Origin: a virus
Lineage: Duplodnaviria > Caudoviricetes
Length of the DNA stretch: 31,973 nucleotides
IMG/VR virus record: IMGVR_UViG_3300017911_001383
Coordinates: 1-31,973 of that record
Reading direction: 5' to 3' (one strand)
The position numbers and the translations under genes were made by a program. Every line of letters starts with the position of its first letter. Positions within the stretch are counted from its first letter, which is position 1. Under the pieces are notes generated by a model. The model was not told the DNA's origin, did not search any database, and worked only from the letters and a program-made list of their open reading frames with translations. Of this stretch, positions 17,335 to 25,263 are shown piece after piece.

Positions 17335-17562
17335 ATGGAATGGATGCCGTATCCACCCGAGCAGAAGTACGACGGCGGCTGCAAAGTCGCCTGGCACTTC
17401 TACGCGGACCGTGCTGACGCTGAGGCTTGCGCCAAAGCTGCTGAGCACAATGCGATCATCCAGGAGGGGCGTGGCTTTGACTTTGGCTACTGCGCGCCTG
17501 GCATGATTGACGGCGGCCCAGAAGCTCGTGAGGACGGGCTCTGGCGTGTGTGCGTTCCCTAA
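17335..17562 (+). CDS. Hypothetical phage protein
   Basis: AGGAGGT at 17321-17327 favours ATG 17335; GCKVAW...GFDFGYCAPG. Confidence 0.65.
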   Translation: MEWMPYPPEQKYDGGCKVAWHFYADRADAEACAKAAEHNAIIQEGRGFDFGYCAPGMIDGGPEAREDGLWRVCVP

Positions 17563-17569
17563 CCCTGCT

Positions 17570-17590
17570 GGGGGCAGCAGCCCTGCCCCC
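17570..17590 (+). other. GC-rich intergenic hairpin (weak terminator or processing site)
   Basis: GGGGGCAG-cagcc-CTGCCCCC, followed only by GCTCTTT. Confidence 0.45.
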
Positions 17591-17611
17591 GCTCTTTGCT
17601 GAGGAGATGAC

Positions 17612-17917
17612 ATGAAGCCATTTGAACTGACAGAAGACCAGAAGACCATGGTCTCGAACTACGCCGCAGCTCACGCTGCCTTCCAGCGCTACTATGGCCT
17701 GATGCTGGCTGCAGAGATCCGCTACATGCAGGAGCTGCAGCCTTACGAAGCCCCGCGCCAGCAGGAGACTCGTGAGAAGATCAAGCGCTATGAGCACTAC
17801 CTCAAGGTCTTTGCCCATGCTGCGCTTGTCGATGGCAAGATCCTGGGCCTGACCTACGAAGAGATCGTGTGCCCTCGGATGGCGCAGTATTTGCCCGAAC
17901 CAGAGATGGAGGACTAG
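17612..17917 (+). CDS. Hypothetical protein (101 aa)
   Basis: GAGGAG RBS; tight operon packing. Confidence 0.65.
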   Translation: MKPFELTEDQKTMVSNYAAAHAAFQRYYGLMLAAEIRYMQELQPYEAPRQQETREKIKRYEHYLKVFAHAALVDGKILGLTYEEIVCPRMAQYLPEPEMED

Positions 17918-18091
17918 ATGACACGCAATGAGTTTTACGCGATCTGCACCGAGGCGACGGTCAACCCGTTCCTGGTGCTCGAGGAGGACTGCGAGGCCAA
18001 GGAGATCCTGGTCAAGGCCAAGCAAGCTCCGGCTGATGAACAGCAAGTCTTCAAGGACGAGCTGCTCAAGCACCTGGCTGAGAACTACTAG
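17918..18091 (+). CDS. Hypothetical protein (57 aa; not in track)
   Basis: GGAGG RBS; MTRNEFYAICTEATVNPFLVLEEDCEAKEILVKAKQAPADEQQVFKDELLKHLAENY*; fills the gap between neighbours. Confidence 0.65.
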   Translation: MTRNEFYAICTEATVNPFLVLEEDCEAKEILVKAKQAPADEQQVFKDELLKHLAENY

Positions 18092-18102
18092 AGGAGGACT
18101 GA

Positions 18103-18381
18103 ATGGACCTGACAACCAGAGAACAACAGCGCGCCCGTGATGCGCGGCTCTACTACGACGAGCTCGAGTACCAGCAGAGCCTGGGCGAGATCAACGGGAT
18201 CGAGGCTTACGCGGCAGCCACAGATCAGCAAAAGGGAATCATCGCCTTTGGCATGACCCCGGTCGATATGTTCCCTGCTGCCTGTGCCTACGGCGGCCAA
18301 GCTCAGCATCATGCCTGGAAGAAGGGCTTTGCCCTGGGCCTGATGACTGCAGCCAAGATGAACGGCGGTATGCGGGTTTGA
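18103..18381 (+). CDS. Hypothetical protein (92 aa)
   Basis: GAGGAGG RBS; operon packing. Confidence 0.65.
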   Translation: MDLTTREQQRARDARLYYDELEYQQSLGEINGIEAYAAATDQQKGIIAFGMTPVDMFPAACAYGGQAQHHAWKKGFALGLMTAAKMNGGMRV

Positions 18382-18557
18382 CGATCACTGTGTTCAACAT
18401 CGACAGAGAGGTGGAGCGGCTCAAGCGCCGCCCACTGTGGGAGCTCAAGGCAATGGTCAAGGCCCTGAGCTTCGGACGCTTGTTCAACACAAGCGAGGAG
18501 GAGCTGCGGCTCGAAGCGGCCAAGATGGTCATCAAAGAGAAGGGAAAGCGTAAATGA
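18378..18557 (+). CDS. Hypothetical protein (59 aa; not in track)
   Basis: TTG start overlapping the previous TGA; ...LWELKAMVKALSFGRLFNTSEEELRLEAAK...; ATGA overlap with the next gene. Confidence 0.55.
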   Translation: MTITVFNIDREVERLKRRPLWELKAMVKALSFGRLFNTSEEELRLEAAKMVIKEKGKRK

Positions 18558-18838
18558 AGAAAAGCGCAGCATTTGAAATGATCCGCAACCTGGGAGAGTC
18601 GTTCCGCAGCGCTTGCGGTGAGCGTGGCTACGAGCCCAAGGGTGGCTGGGATGGAGACCTGATGAACGGCCTTGCCGGCTTCATCAAGCTCGAGCTGACA
18701 GACGAGGACATCCCCGGCATCACCGAGGCCTACAGCATCGTCATGGCTGAGGCAGCCAAGCTCTGCTTCGAGGCATACCAGGAAGCGAAAGCTGAGGACT
18801 TCGTTGCAGACCAGGACACTGTGGAAGCGGTCAAGTGA
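18554..18838 (+). CDS. Hypothetical protein (94 aa)
   Basis: Overlapping start/stop with neighbours. Confidence 0.6.
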   Translation: MKKSAAFEMIRNLGESFRSACGERGYEPKGGWDGDLMNGLAGFIKLELTDEDIPGITEAYSIVMAEAAKLCFEAYQEAKAEDFVADQDTVEAVK

Positions 18839-19065
18839 TTACCAGGAAGCACATGACGACATACTACGCCTACGACTGGAACGGCGAGCTCATAGCCATG
18901 AACCGGATTGATCGAGGCTGGGGCAAAAAGCCGTGTTGGGATGTCATCATGGGATTCCCAGGAAGCTGGCGCGTTGTGTACACCTCGAAGCTGCGCCGCG
19001 AAGCACTGTGCTTTATCGGCCGGCTGCTGGTGCCAAGCCTGTTCACAGCCGGTAATACAGCCTAA
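18835..19065 (+). CDS. Hypothetical protein (76 aa), last gene of island A
   Basis: GTGA overlap at the start; 3' end overlaps the convergent gene by 23 nt. Confidence 0.5.
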   Translation: MITRKHMTTYYAYDWNGELIAMNRIDRGWGKKPCWDVIMGFPGSWRVVYTSKLRREALCFIGRLLVPSLFTAGNTA

Positions 19066-19432
19066 CCAGGGCGTCCTTGTAACGCCGCTTCACGATCCTC
19101 GGGTCATTCAGCCCGAGGATTTGTGCTATCTTGGACCACCTCGGACCCCGCTGCCGGAAAGCAGCGCTCTGACAAACAGCCCAGACCAGGCGCCGATCCT
19201 CGTCATCCATGTGACGCAGCGCCAGATCCAAAGCCATCTCCCAGCGATCAATCTGCTCACCCGTGGCCTTGAGCCTGGGCACTTCCATCGCGTTGTAGCC
19301 GTAGGCCATGCCATCCCTGGGATAGTCTGGCCAGGCAGACATGCGCTGTCTGCGAAACGCAGCCGGGAGCTTGCGCTCAGTCTCAGCAGCCTCGAGGAAC
19401 AGCTCATCGAGCTCTGTCATGCTTAGCCGCAT
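19043..19432 (-). CDS. Putative late-gene regulator / Q-like antiterminator (DUF6362-like)
   Basis: Start reassigned to ATG 19432 behind AGGAG. F.EAAET.R.LP...SAWPDY...I.R...L...DRRLVW...W..IA..LG...V.RRY..AL ends in a sigma4-like HTH. Last gene of the Cro operon, before the late operon. Confidence 0.6.
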   Translation of the reverse strand: MRLSMTELDELFLEAAETERKLPAAFRRQRMSAWPDYPRDGMAYGYNAMEVPRLKATGEQIDRWEMALDLALRHMDDEDRRLVWAVCQSAAFRQRGPRWSKIAQILGLNDPRIVKRRYKDALVRLYYRL

Positions 19433-19673
19433 TGAGCTGCTCCTGCATGGACAGCAGCCAGAACTGCCTGTCGAATGAGCCAAGCTGAGACAGCTCACGG
19501 GAAAGATCCTTGAACCGATCAGCACTGTACCTGGGGCGGAGACGCTTCATCACGCGGCGCTCCAGCTCGTCCAGCGGGTTCGCGCGGTTGCGTGAGATAG
19601 CACTGCGATATGCAAAGCTAGTACGCTTAGCAATGTTATTTATTAAGAGATTGATTTGAGGATTGCTTTGCAT
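19404..19673 (-). CDS. Hypothetical basic protein (~89 aa; start uncertain)
   Basis: ORF downstream of the 19756 promoter, overlapping the next gene's start. Confidence 0.5.
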   Translation of the reverse strand: MQSNPQINLLINNIAKRTSFAYRSAISRNRANPLDELERRVMKRLRPRYSADRFKDLSRELSQLGSFDRQFWLLSMQEQLNAAKHDRAR

Positions 19674-19681
19674 AGTGCTTA

Positions 19682-19718
19682 GCTCAGCGCTGAGCATAGC
19701 GCTATGCTATGCATATGC
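19682..19718. repeat. Cluster of overlapping palindromes (candidate origin)
   Basis: gctcagcgctgagc (19682-19695), gcatagcgctatgc (19694-19707), gcatatgc (19711-19718), next to an AT-rich tract at 19631-19660. Confidence 0.7.
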
Positions 19719-19728
19719 GGCTGCGCCG

Positions 19729-19756
19729 ATTTTATGGAACTCAACATTTCTGTCAA
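19729..19756 (-). promoter_or_regulatory. Near-consensus sigma70 promoter
   Basis: Minus strand TTGACA(19756-19751)-16 nt-TAAAAT(19734-19729). Confidence 0.7.
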
Positions 19757-19807
19757 GCCCCCTGACGCAAACCAATGAAAGCCAGAAATCTGTCGAGCAA
19801 GCTCGGC

Positions 19808-20038
19808 TCAGCTGCCGCCTTCTTCTTCGCCCAGTGAGCCCTCATCTTCGCGCTGTGAGCCTTCCTGCGCTCCTCTGTCCAACCTTTGGCCATCTGTCTT
19901 CTCCTTGTACCATTTTGTCATCACACGCCAGCAAACGTCATTCGAGCAAATCAGGTCACCGCTGGCGAGCATGACCCAAGTGCCGGCCTTGATGTAGTGC
20001 CGGCGCCCACACGCAGCGCAATGATCGAACTCACTCAC
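19808..20038 (-). CDS. Small putative zinc-finger protein
   Basis: CAAC...CSNDVC; GTGA overlap. Confidence 0.55.
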   Translation of the reverse strand: MSEFDHCAACGRRHYIKAGTWVMLASGDLICSNDVCWRVMTKWYKEKTDGQRLDRGAQEGSQREDEGSLGEEEGGS

Positions 20039-20331
20039 GCTGTCCTCCTCATGTGCGTGACGCCGTCCCTGGCGTCCTCACGTTCCCATATCTCCTCCAC
20101 CTGGTCAGCGAGCTGCTCCTGCAGATAGCCCAGGGTCAACGTCCCCGGCTGGCCCTGCAGATACTCCGGCAGCGCCAGGTGGTTTGCATCGAAGCTCGAG
20201 AAGTATCTGCTGCCATGCCGGCGCACCGGGATCCGGTACAGCTCGGCAATCAGGAACAGGCCCATGCCCTCGAGCTCGAGTCTTCGGATCTCCCTGGCAG
20301 CCTCTGCCAATGCTGCAGCGCGTCTAGTCAC
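20035..20331 (-). CDS. Hypothetical protein (98 aa)
   Basis: GTG 20331 behind AAGGA; overlaps neighbours. Confidence 0.55.
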   Translation of the reverse strand: MTRRAAALAEAAREIRRLELEGMGLFLIAELYRIPVRRHGSRYFSSFDANHLALPEYLQGQPGTLTLGYLQEQLADQVEEIWEREDARDGVTHMRRTA

Positions 20332-20782
20332 TGTCCTTGAACCGCTGCTGAGCTGTCTCCAGGATCTGCTTGCCTTGACGCTCTGCATCCTTCAATGCAG
20401 CTTTCTCAGCCTCCGCCATGATCTGCGGAAGCTGATCCCTCACATTGTTCGCCATGCCCCATTGTGTGCCGCCGTTAAGCCAGTGCCTGGTCAGATCCTC
20501 GAAATCAACGTGATCGATCATCGACTTGTTTTCCTCGATGTTGCCGGCATCAATACCTGATACGCCATCAACCCAGGCATCGATCATCTCCTGGTCAGCC
20601 TTGCCATCGAGCTGCGGCAGCAGGGCCCGTGCCTCGGCCGTGAACTCGTCTAACCTGGGGCCCGGCTCAACCTCGCCATCGAACCAGGGCAGCGCATGAC
20701 GCTTGATGATCTGGTCATCCACGTCCTCGCCAGCAGCCCGGCGCCGCATCAGCTCCAGGAAATCCTCTCTCATGTCAGTCAT
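20324..20782 (-). CDS. Hypothetical acidic protein (~152 aa)
   Basis: ATG 20782 behind AGGAGG. Confidence 0.6.
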   Translation of the reverse strand: MTDMREDFLELMRRRAAGEDVDDQIIKRHALPWFDGEVEPGPRLDEFTAEARALLPQLDGKADQEMIDAWVDGVSGIDAGNIEENKSMIDHVDFEDLTRHWLNGGTQWGMANNVRDQLPQIMAEAEKAALKDAERQGKQILETAQQRFKDSD

Positions 20783-20963
20783 CATCCCTCCTCTTGTATC
20801 CTCTGCCCTCACAATCAGGGCACTCGCGCAGCTCCTCACTCAGATAGCCGCCGCGCATGTAATCAGCCACAGCAACCTCCACCATGGCCTCGCCCTGGCC
20901 CTCACACAGCTCACACTCATCGACCTCTTCCCAGACGCCAGGTATCACGCTGATCCTCACCAT
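20775..20963 (-). CDS. DnaJ-type zinc-finger protein
   Basis: Two CxxCxGxG repeats (CELCEGQG, CPDCEGRG). Confidence 0.75.
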   Translation of the reverse strand: MVRISVIPGVWEEVDECELCEGQGEAMVEVAVADYMRGGYLSEELRECPDCEGRGYKRRDDD

Positions 20964-21340
20964 AGCGCCACCGATGCCTTCCTGAGATTGACCAGGGGCT
21001 CGAGAATGTCGCGCACCTGTTCAACAGATCGAGCCAGGCCCCAATGGCAGCCGGCCTCGAGCAGCTCGTCTCTCACCTGTTTCTGATTTGCGCTGAGTGT
21101 GCCACCCTTCGGGCGCTTGAGCTCGATGAAGATCGAGCAGCTCACGCCTCCGATGGCCTGGTCACCTGGGACAAAGATCTCGAGATCCGGCCAGCCGAAC
21201 CTGGTGCCCTGCCGCTTGAGCTTCTGCTTGAAAGCGACGTGCCTGTTGCCCTCGTTCGGAGAATGATGGAATACACAGCCCGGCGGTAGTGCGAGCTGCA
21301 GCCAGTCAACGACCTGTTTCTGCAGCTGCTCCTCGGTCAT
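20957..21340 (-). CDS. VRR-NUC domain nuclease (Holliday-junction resolvase-like)
   Basis: E..LQ..V...HSPNEG...GWPDL...FIELKRPKGG.LS.NQ...RS pattern. Confidence 0.85.
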   Translation of the reverse strand: MTEEQLQKQVVDWLQLALPPGCVFHHSPNEGNRHVAFKQKLKRQGTRFGWPDLEIFVPGDQAIGGVSCSIFIELKRPKGGTLSANQKQVRDELLEAGCHWGLARSVEQVRDILEPLVNLRKASVALW

Positions 21341-21543
21341 GCCAGATAAAAGTCATTCGGCATGACTTCCCCGCCGGTCACCTCGATGATCCGATGCATA
21401 TACTTCTTGCTCGGAATCACCTGGCCCGGCTGATCCGGTCTGATGCACCACCTGGTCACGTCCTTCGCATGACTGGCACCCAATTTGCGCGCCAGCTGAG
21501 ACTTTGACCAACCCTTTTTTAATCGCCAATCTTCAAGTTTCAT
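21337..21543 (-). CDS. Cro-like HTH transcriptional regulator
   Basis: MKL..W......S..LA..LG......V.RW...P....I...TGGEV.PNDF; first gene of the leftward operon. Confidence 0.8.
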   Translation of the reverse strand: MKLEDWRLKKGWSKSQLARKLGASHAKDVTRWCIRPDQPGQVIPSKKYMHRIIEVTGGEVMPNDFYLA

Positions 21544-21549
21544 GCACCC

Positions 21550-21578
21550 AATATAGGCTCCCTGGTATTATTTGCCAA
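21550..21578 (-). promoter_or_regulatory. Early promoter/operator, copy 2 (degenerate palindrome); probably leaderless
   Basis: Minus strand TTGGCA-aataa-TACCAG; TTGGCA-17 nt-TATATT, then 6 nt, then the ATG of the Cro-like gene. Confidence 0.7.
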
Positions 21579-21584
21579 CCCCCC

Positions 21585-21614
21585 TTGACGTGTTCCTGGG
21601 TAAGCTGATACGGT
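21585..21614 (+). promoter_or_regulatory. Putative promoter of the rightward recombination operon
   Basis: TTGACG-18 nt-TACGGT with an extended-10 TG; back-to-back with copy 2. Confidence 0.45.
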
Positions 21615-21642
21615 CCTCGACAAGTCAATTTGGAGATAAAGC

Positions 21643-22581
21643 ATGATTCTCGACACAGAAGATTGGGCTGCCAGGCACCATTATTACTGGCACTCGAATC
21701 CCAAGAGCAAGGACCTGGCGAAGGTCCTGTTCGATAAGGCCCACTTGCGGCCGACAGTCAAAGGGCTCTGGACCCTGTACCATAACTCGACCGGCGAGGC
21801 CCGGCAGAAGGTCTTCAAGAAACTGCTGCTCCTCGATCCAAAGCTCAACGGCAGCGGCTCAGCTGCCATGCGAGGCGGCATCGTCACACAGACCGGCGCC
21901 GACGACATCTTGCTGAAAGATGCGGATCCGGCCGAGGCCACACAAAAGGCCCTGGACGAATATCGCCGCTACAAGCCCAGAGAGTGGGATGACGGCCTCG
22001 ATGGTGTCCAGCATCAGAAATACACAGAAGAGCTGCCAGCGGTGCTTGAACACGCAGTAATGGGCCTTCGCGAGGCAATGGCTCGGGAGAACCGCTACCT
22101 CGGGGAGATCGAGCTGCTTGACAAGCTGCCAGGACTGGCGCTGCCGTACAATACCAGGCCAGACTATGTCCGAAAGGTGGATCTCAAAACAAAATGGTCG
22201 AAACACGCGCCACATACGAAGGCGGGATGGTCAAAAGCACCGATCCCGAAGTCGTTGTCGGGCATGTTCGATATGAAGAATGTATTCCAGGCAGCTGGCT
22301 TCTGGGCCCTCAACGGGCACCAGCCGGTCACCCTGGTCTATGCCAGCGCGAATGACTACCAGGTATTCACCGAAGACAACGCGCCGGAATTGAAGCCGTC
22401 CTTCCTTGCCGATATTGTCGAGGAGATGGTGGTGCAGTTGCGCTGCACCGAAAACCTGTTGCGCGCAGCCGGCAGCAAGGAGCAGCTCCTTGGCATGGTC
22501 GCGCCTGATTTCAACGATCTGACCTGGCGGGAGCCGCCCGGTGTAATTGCGGAGGCAAGGAAACTATGGGGTCTCGATTGA
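21643..22581 (+). CDS. PD-(D/E)XK exonuclease-like protein
   Basis: E...RPDY...VDLKTKW...FQAAGFW resembles RecB/lambda-exo family motifs II-IV; GGAG RBS; upstream of SSAP/SSB-like genes. Confidence 0.65.
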   Translation: MILDTEDWAARHHYYWHSNPKSKDLAKVLFDKAHLRPTVKGLWTLYHNSTGEARQKVFKKLLLLDPKLNGSGSAAMRGGIVTQTGADDILLKDADPAEATQKALDEYRRYKPREWDDGLDGVQHQKYTEELPAVLEHAVMGLREAMARENRYLGEIELLDKLPGLALPYNTRPDYVRKVDLKTKWSKHAPHTKAGWSKAPIPKSLSGMFDMKNVFQAAGFWALNGHQPVTLVYASANDYQVFTEDNAPELKPSFLADIVEEMVVQLRCTENLLRAAGSKEQLLGMVAPDFNDLTWREPPGVIAEARKLWGLD

Positions 22582-22748
22582 ATAGGAATCTGATCTGGTT
22601 GCACGTCGATGAGGCTGGGCGCCCACTGCGCCCATACTCGAAGCTGCGCGAAGGGCTGCGAGTCCTGGGTGTGGTCGTGATGTGCTTGTTCGCGGTGTTC
22701 AGCCTTTGGTGTGCTGTCACCCTCTTCACCCTTTTGATGGAGGTGTAA
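22578..22748 (+). CDS. Small membrane protein
   Basis: TTG start overlapping the upstream stop; long hydrophobic C-terminal helix. Confidence 0.55.
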   Translation: MNRNLIWLHVDEAGRPLRPYSKLREGLRVLGVVVMCLFAVFSLWCAVTLFTLLMEV

Positions 22749-23087
22749 ATGCAAAAGGAAGTGAGCTGGCCGGGAGATCCCGGCCCCACGGCCCACAAGG
22801 ACGGGCCGATAACCGAGCAGCTGGCGCTGGAGTTTGTAGCGCCGAAGCTCACCGGGCTGCGCCTGAGCGCACTCGAGAGCGTGGCCAAGCGGCCGCAGAC
22901 AGGCAGCGAGGTGGCTGCTGACATGGGCGCCTGGCTCTACAGCGTGAAGCCCAGGCTGACCGAGCTCAACCGCATGGGCCTGGTCGAGCAGACAGATGAG
23001 CTGCGGAAGAACGAGCGCGGCCGCAAGGAGGTTGTCTGGGCGATCACAGGGAGGGGCGAGCAATGGCTAAAATCCCTGAGCAGCTGA
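22749..23087 (+). CDS. Winged-helix DNA-binding protein
   Basis: TGSEVA..MG...YSVKPRLTEL...GLV....R.N..GR...VW; GGAGGT RBS. Confidence 0.75.
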   Translation: MQKEVSWPGDPGPTAHKDGPITEQLALEFVAPKLTGLRLSALESVAKRPQTGSEVAADMGAWLYSVKPRLTELNRMGLVEQTDELRKNERGRKEVVWAITGRGEQWLKSLSS

Positions 23088-23734
23088 AACAGATCTTCCA
23101 GGAGCTGCAGCTCGCGCCCCAGGAGGCTGTCTGGGATTGTCACGGTACGCCGGTGGTGCTGCACAAGGCTCTCGAGCTCGTGGCAGCTCACAAGGGCATC
23201 ACCTTCGATGCGCCGGTGATGATCGAAGCTGACGCGAAGACTAAGTCTGTCGTCATGCTGGTGACCGGCCGGCTGGGAGAAAGGTCGGAGTGGAGCATCG
23301 GTGAGGCCAGCCCTTACAACAACAAAAACTCCTACCCGTTTGCCATGGCCGAGAAGCGAGCGAAGGACCGCGTGATCCTCAAGCTCATCAACGTCGCTGG
23401 CTATGTGTATTCTGAGGAGGAGGCCGATGACTTCAAGGAGTCCCGGCCGCAGCGCACAGCTGCACCCGAGCCGGCACCAGCTCAAGACCCGACGCTTATG
23501 AGGGAGGAGCCCAAGCCGCAGCGCAATGCCTGGCATGACTGGGCGAACAGCGCCATGAACACCATCAAGAAGCTGGCGTCCGAAGATGGAGGAGCCGCCA
23601 AGCTCTCGAGCTGGATGACTGGCAATTTCCAGGATCTGAAAAAGCTGAAATCAAACGATCCGCAAACCTGGCAGCTGGTCAAAGACTACTACCAGGAAAA
23701 ATACGACGAAGCCAACAATGGAGAGGCATCATGA
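23063..23734 (+). CDS. Putative single-strand annealing protein (Rad52/Sak-like)
   Basis: GEA...N...YPFAMAEKRAKDRVILK...YSEEEADDF core, Pro-rich linker and helical tail; sits between exonuclease and SSB-like genes. Confidence 0.55.
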   Translation: MAKIPEQLKQIFQELQLAPQEAVWDCHGTPVVLHKALELVAAHKGITFDAPVMIEADAKTKSVVMLVTGRLGERSEWSIGEASPYNNKNSYPFAMAEKRAKDRVILKLINVAGYVYSEEEADDFKESRPQRTAAPEPAPAQDPTLMREEPKPQRNAWHDWANSAMNTIKKLASEDGGAAKLSSWMTGNFQDLKKLKSNDPQTWQLVKDYYQEKYDEANNGEAS

Positions 23735-24123
23735 AGAACTACCCACAGCTCAGCCGGTCTGAGATCAAGCTGCGTGAAAACATCCCGGCGACTGCGCCGG
23801 ATGGTGCGCCCAACATCTACCGGGCGACAGCGTTCATCCAGTACAAGACTGACTGGAACGACGATCTGCGGCGCTACGAGCCGATGACTGCTGAGCAGCA
23901 AGCCAAGTGCAACGAGCTCGGCAAGATGCTGGCAGATGCAGGAGTCGAGATCTCGATTGGTCTGTTCCTGAGAGCCGGCGAGCAGCCATCACAGTTTCCC
24001 AAGATGGCGCAATTCACGATCTACCCGAACAAGCCTCGGGATGACCAGGGCCAGGCCCCGGCGCCGGCAGCTGCACCAGCTCCTGCAGCCCCGAGCGGTG
24101 GATCGAGCTGGGATGATATGTGA
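23731..24123 (+). CDS. Putative ssDNA-binding protein
   Basis: Flexible PAPAAAP linker and acidic/aromatic tail SSWDDM; follows the SSAP. Confidence 0.45.
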   Translation: MKNYPQLSRSEIKLRENIPATAPDGAPNIYRATAFIQYKTDWNDDLRRYEPMTAEQQAKCNELGKMLADAGVEISIGLFLRAGEQPSQFPKMAQFTIYPNKPRDDQGQAPAPAAAPAPAAPSGGSSWDDM

Positions 24124-24371
24124 TGCCTGGGTCTCTGATGACAACGAGGGAGGTAAGTCATGTCCTTTACGGGAATGATGACCGAGCTGCGCGCCAAAGG
24201 ACGCAGCGCCTTCTCGCGTCTCAGGGCATCGAGGCGATCAAGAACGGCAAATTCTACCTCTACCGCCGCGATCAGGTTGAGCAGCTCAGCGGAGCTGCTC
24301 GTCTGGCCGGTGGCCGGGGAGATCAGGATCCTGCTGCTGGGACAGTACGCGATCCGGCCGGCAACAGCTGA
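24120..24371 (+). CDS. Excisionase-like / MerR-type HTH protein
   Basis: LMTTREVS..L.......G.I.AIK.GK.YLY.RDQV pattern. Confidence 0.6.
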   Translation: MMPGSLMTTREVSHVLYGNDDRAARQRTQRLLASQGIEAIKNGKFYLYRRDQVEQLSGAARLAGGRGDQDPAAGTVRDPAGNS

Positions 24372-24519
24372 CCAGCTCGATGACCTCGCGATCAGATTCC
24401 ACGAGGCGGCGCGCGAAACGCGGCGCGAAGAGGAGGCAAACAGAAAAGCCGGCTCCGCGCCAGCCTCAACAAAAAATAACCCCCTGGGGAAGCCAGGGGG
24501 AGATCAGGACGCTGCTTGA
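24277..24519 (+). CDS. Hypothetical protein (start uncertain)
   Basis: In-frame TTG at 24277 within track ORF 24160..24519; overlaps the Xis-like gene. Confidence 0.35.
   Translation: MSSSAELLVWPVAGEIRILLLGQYAIRPATADQLDDLAIRFHEAARETRREEEANRKAGSAPASTKNNPLGKPGGDQDAA
24471..24500 (-). terminator. Second terminator for the leftward island B
   Basis: Minus strand CCCCCTGG-cttcc-CCAGGGGG followed by TTATTTTTT. Confidence 0.7.
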
Positions 24520-24550
24520 TGAATGGCCAGCTACCCTACCACCACTATAC

Positions 24551-24574
24551 AAAAAGGGCCGCCAGCGCGGCCCT
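24551..24574 (-). terminator. First terminator for the leftward island B
   Basis: Minus strand AGGGCCGC-gctg-GCGGCCCT followed by TTTT, just after the 24593 stop. Confidence 0.75.
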
Positions 24575-24592
24575 AAGAGCGATTGAGGGGGG

Positions 24593-25090
24593 TCAGTCCT
24601 CTTTGGTCGGTGTGGCGTCCTGGCCCCACTTGCAACCGACGCGGAACCTGTAGCCGCCGTTGAACCCGGCGCTGGCCACCCAGGCCGGCGCCATCTCGCC
24701 GCGAGTCTTGAGCCCGAGCTGCTTGTGGATCCGGCTCTTGCCGTAGTAATCCATGGGCAGGAACTTCTTGCCGCGCTTCTCGATGAGCTCGGCCTCGTCC
24801 TCGTGGAGCAGCCAGCTGCTGCCGAACTTGCCGTCGATGATCCGGGCCTTGACCCGACGATCACCCTCGTACAGCCCCCAGAACTCAGCCATGCCGCCGG
24901 CCCGGCAGACTCCAGCCTTGTCCATGTTGAGGCTCGCGACAGCCTGGCTCGCAGCCTGGCTCAGAAAGCCGTCAGTGTCACTGCGCTCCCAGCTCTCGTC
25001 ACGACGCTCCCAGCATTTGTGGGCCTCGGCCTCGAACTCGACCGCGAGCTCGTCCCAGCCCTCTTGGGTTGTTGGTCTGTCAAACATCAT
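24593..25090 (-). CDS. Conserved hypothetical phage protein
   Basis: ESWERSDTDGFLSQ motif, which I recall from other phage hypotheticals; GGAGG RBS. Confidence 0.65.
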   Translation of the reverse strand: MMFDRPTTQEGWDELAVEFEAEAHKCWERRDESWERSDTDGFLSQAASQAVASLNMDKAGVCRAGGMAEFWGLYEGDRRVKARIIDGKFGSSWLLHEDEAELIEKRGKKFLPMDYYGKSRIHKQLGLKTRGEMAPAWVASAGFNGGYRFRVGCKWGQDATPTKED

Positions 25091-25263
25091 GCAGCCTCCT
25101 TTTCTTCAACCGGCCAGAAGATGATCGTCTTGCCGACCACCTTGGTTTTATACTTGGGCTCGTGGAGGAAGAAGGTTACCCAGTAATCCTCGACCTCCTC
25201 GAAGGTCTCGAACTTGGCGACCTTGTAGGTCTTCCCGTTCTTCCAGCCCTCAATCAATTCCAT
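25087..25263 (-). CDS. Hypothetical protein (58 aa; not in track)
   Basis: MELIEGWKNGKTYKVAKFETFEEVEDYWVTFFLHEPKYKTKVVGKTIIFWPVEEKEAA*; GAGGAGG RBS; coupled on both sides. Confidence 0.65.
   Translation of the reverse strand: MELIEGWKNGKTYKVAKFETFEEVEDYWVTFFLHEPKYKTKVVGKTIIFWPVEEKEAA

Noticed and set aside
24120-24590. Integration module / attP next to the Xis-like gene
   Set aside because: No recombinase ORF, tRNA fragment or core-type repeat seen.
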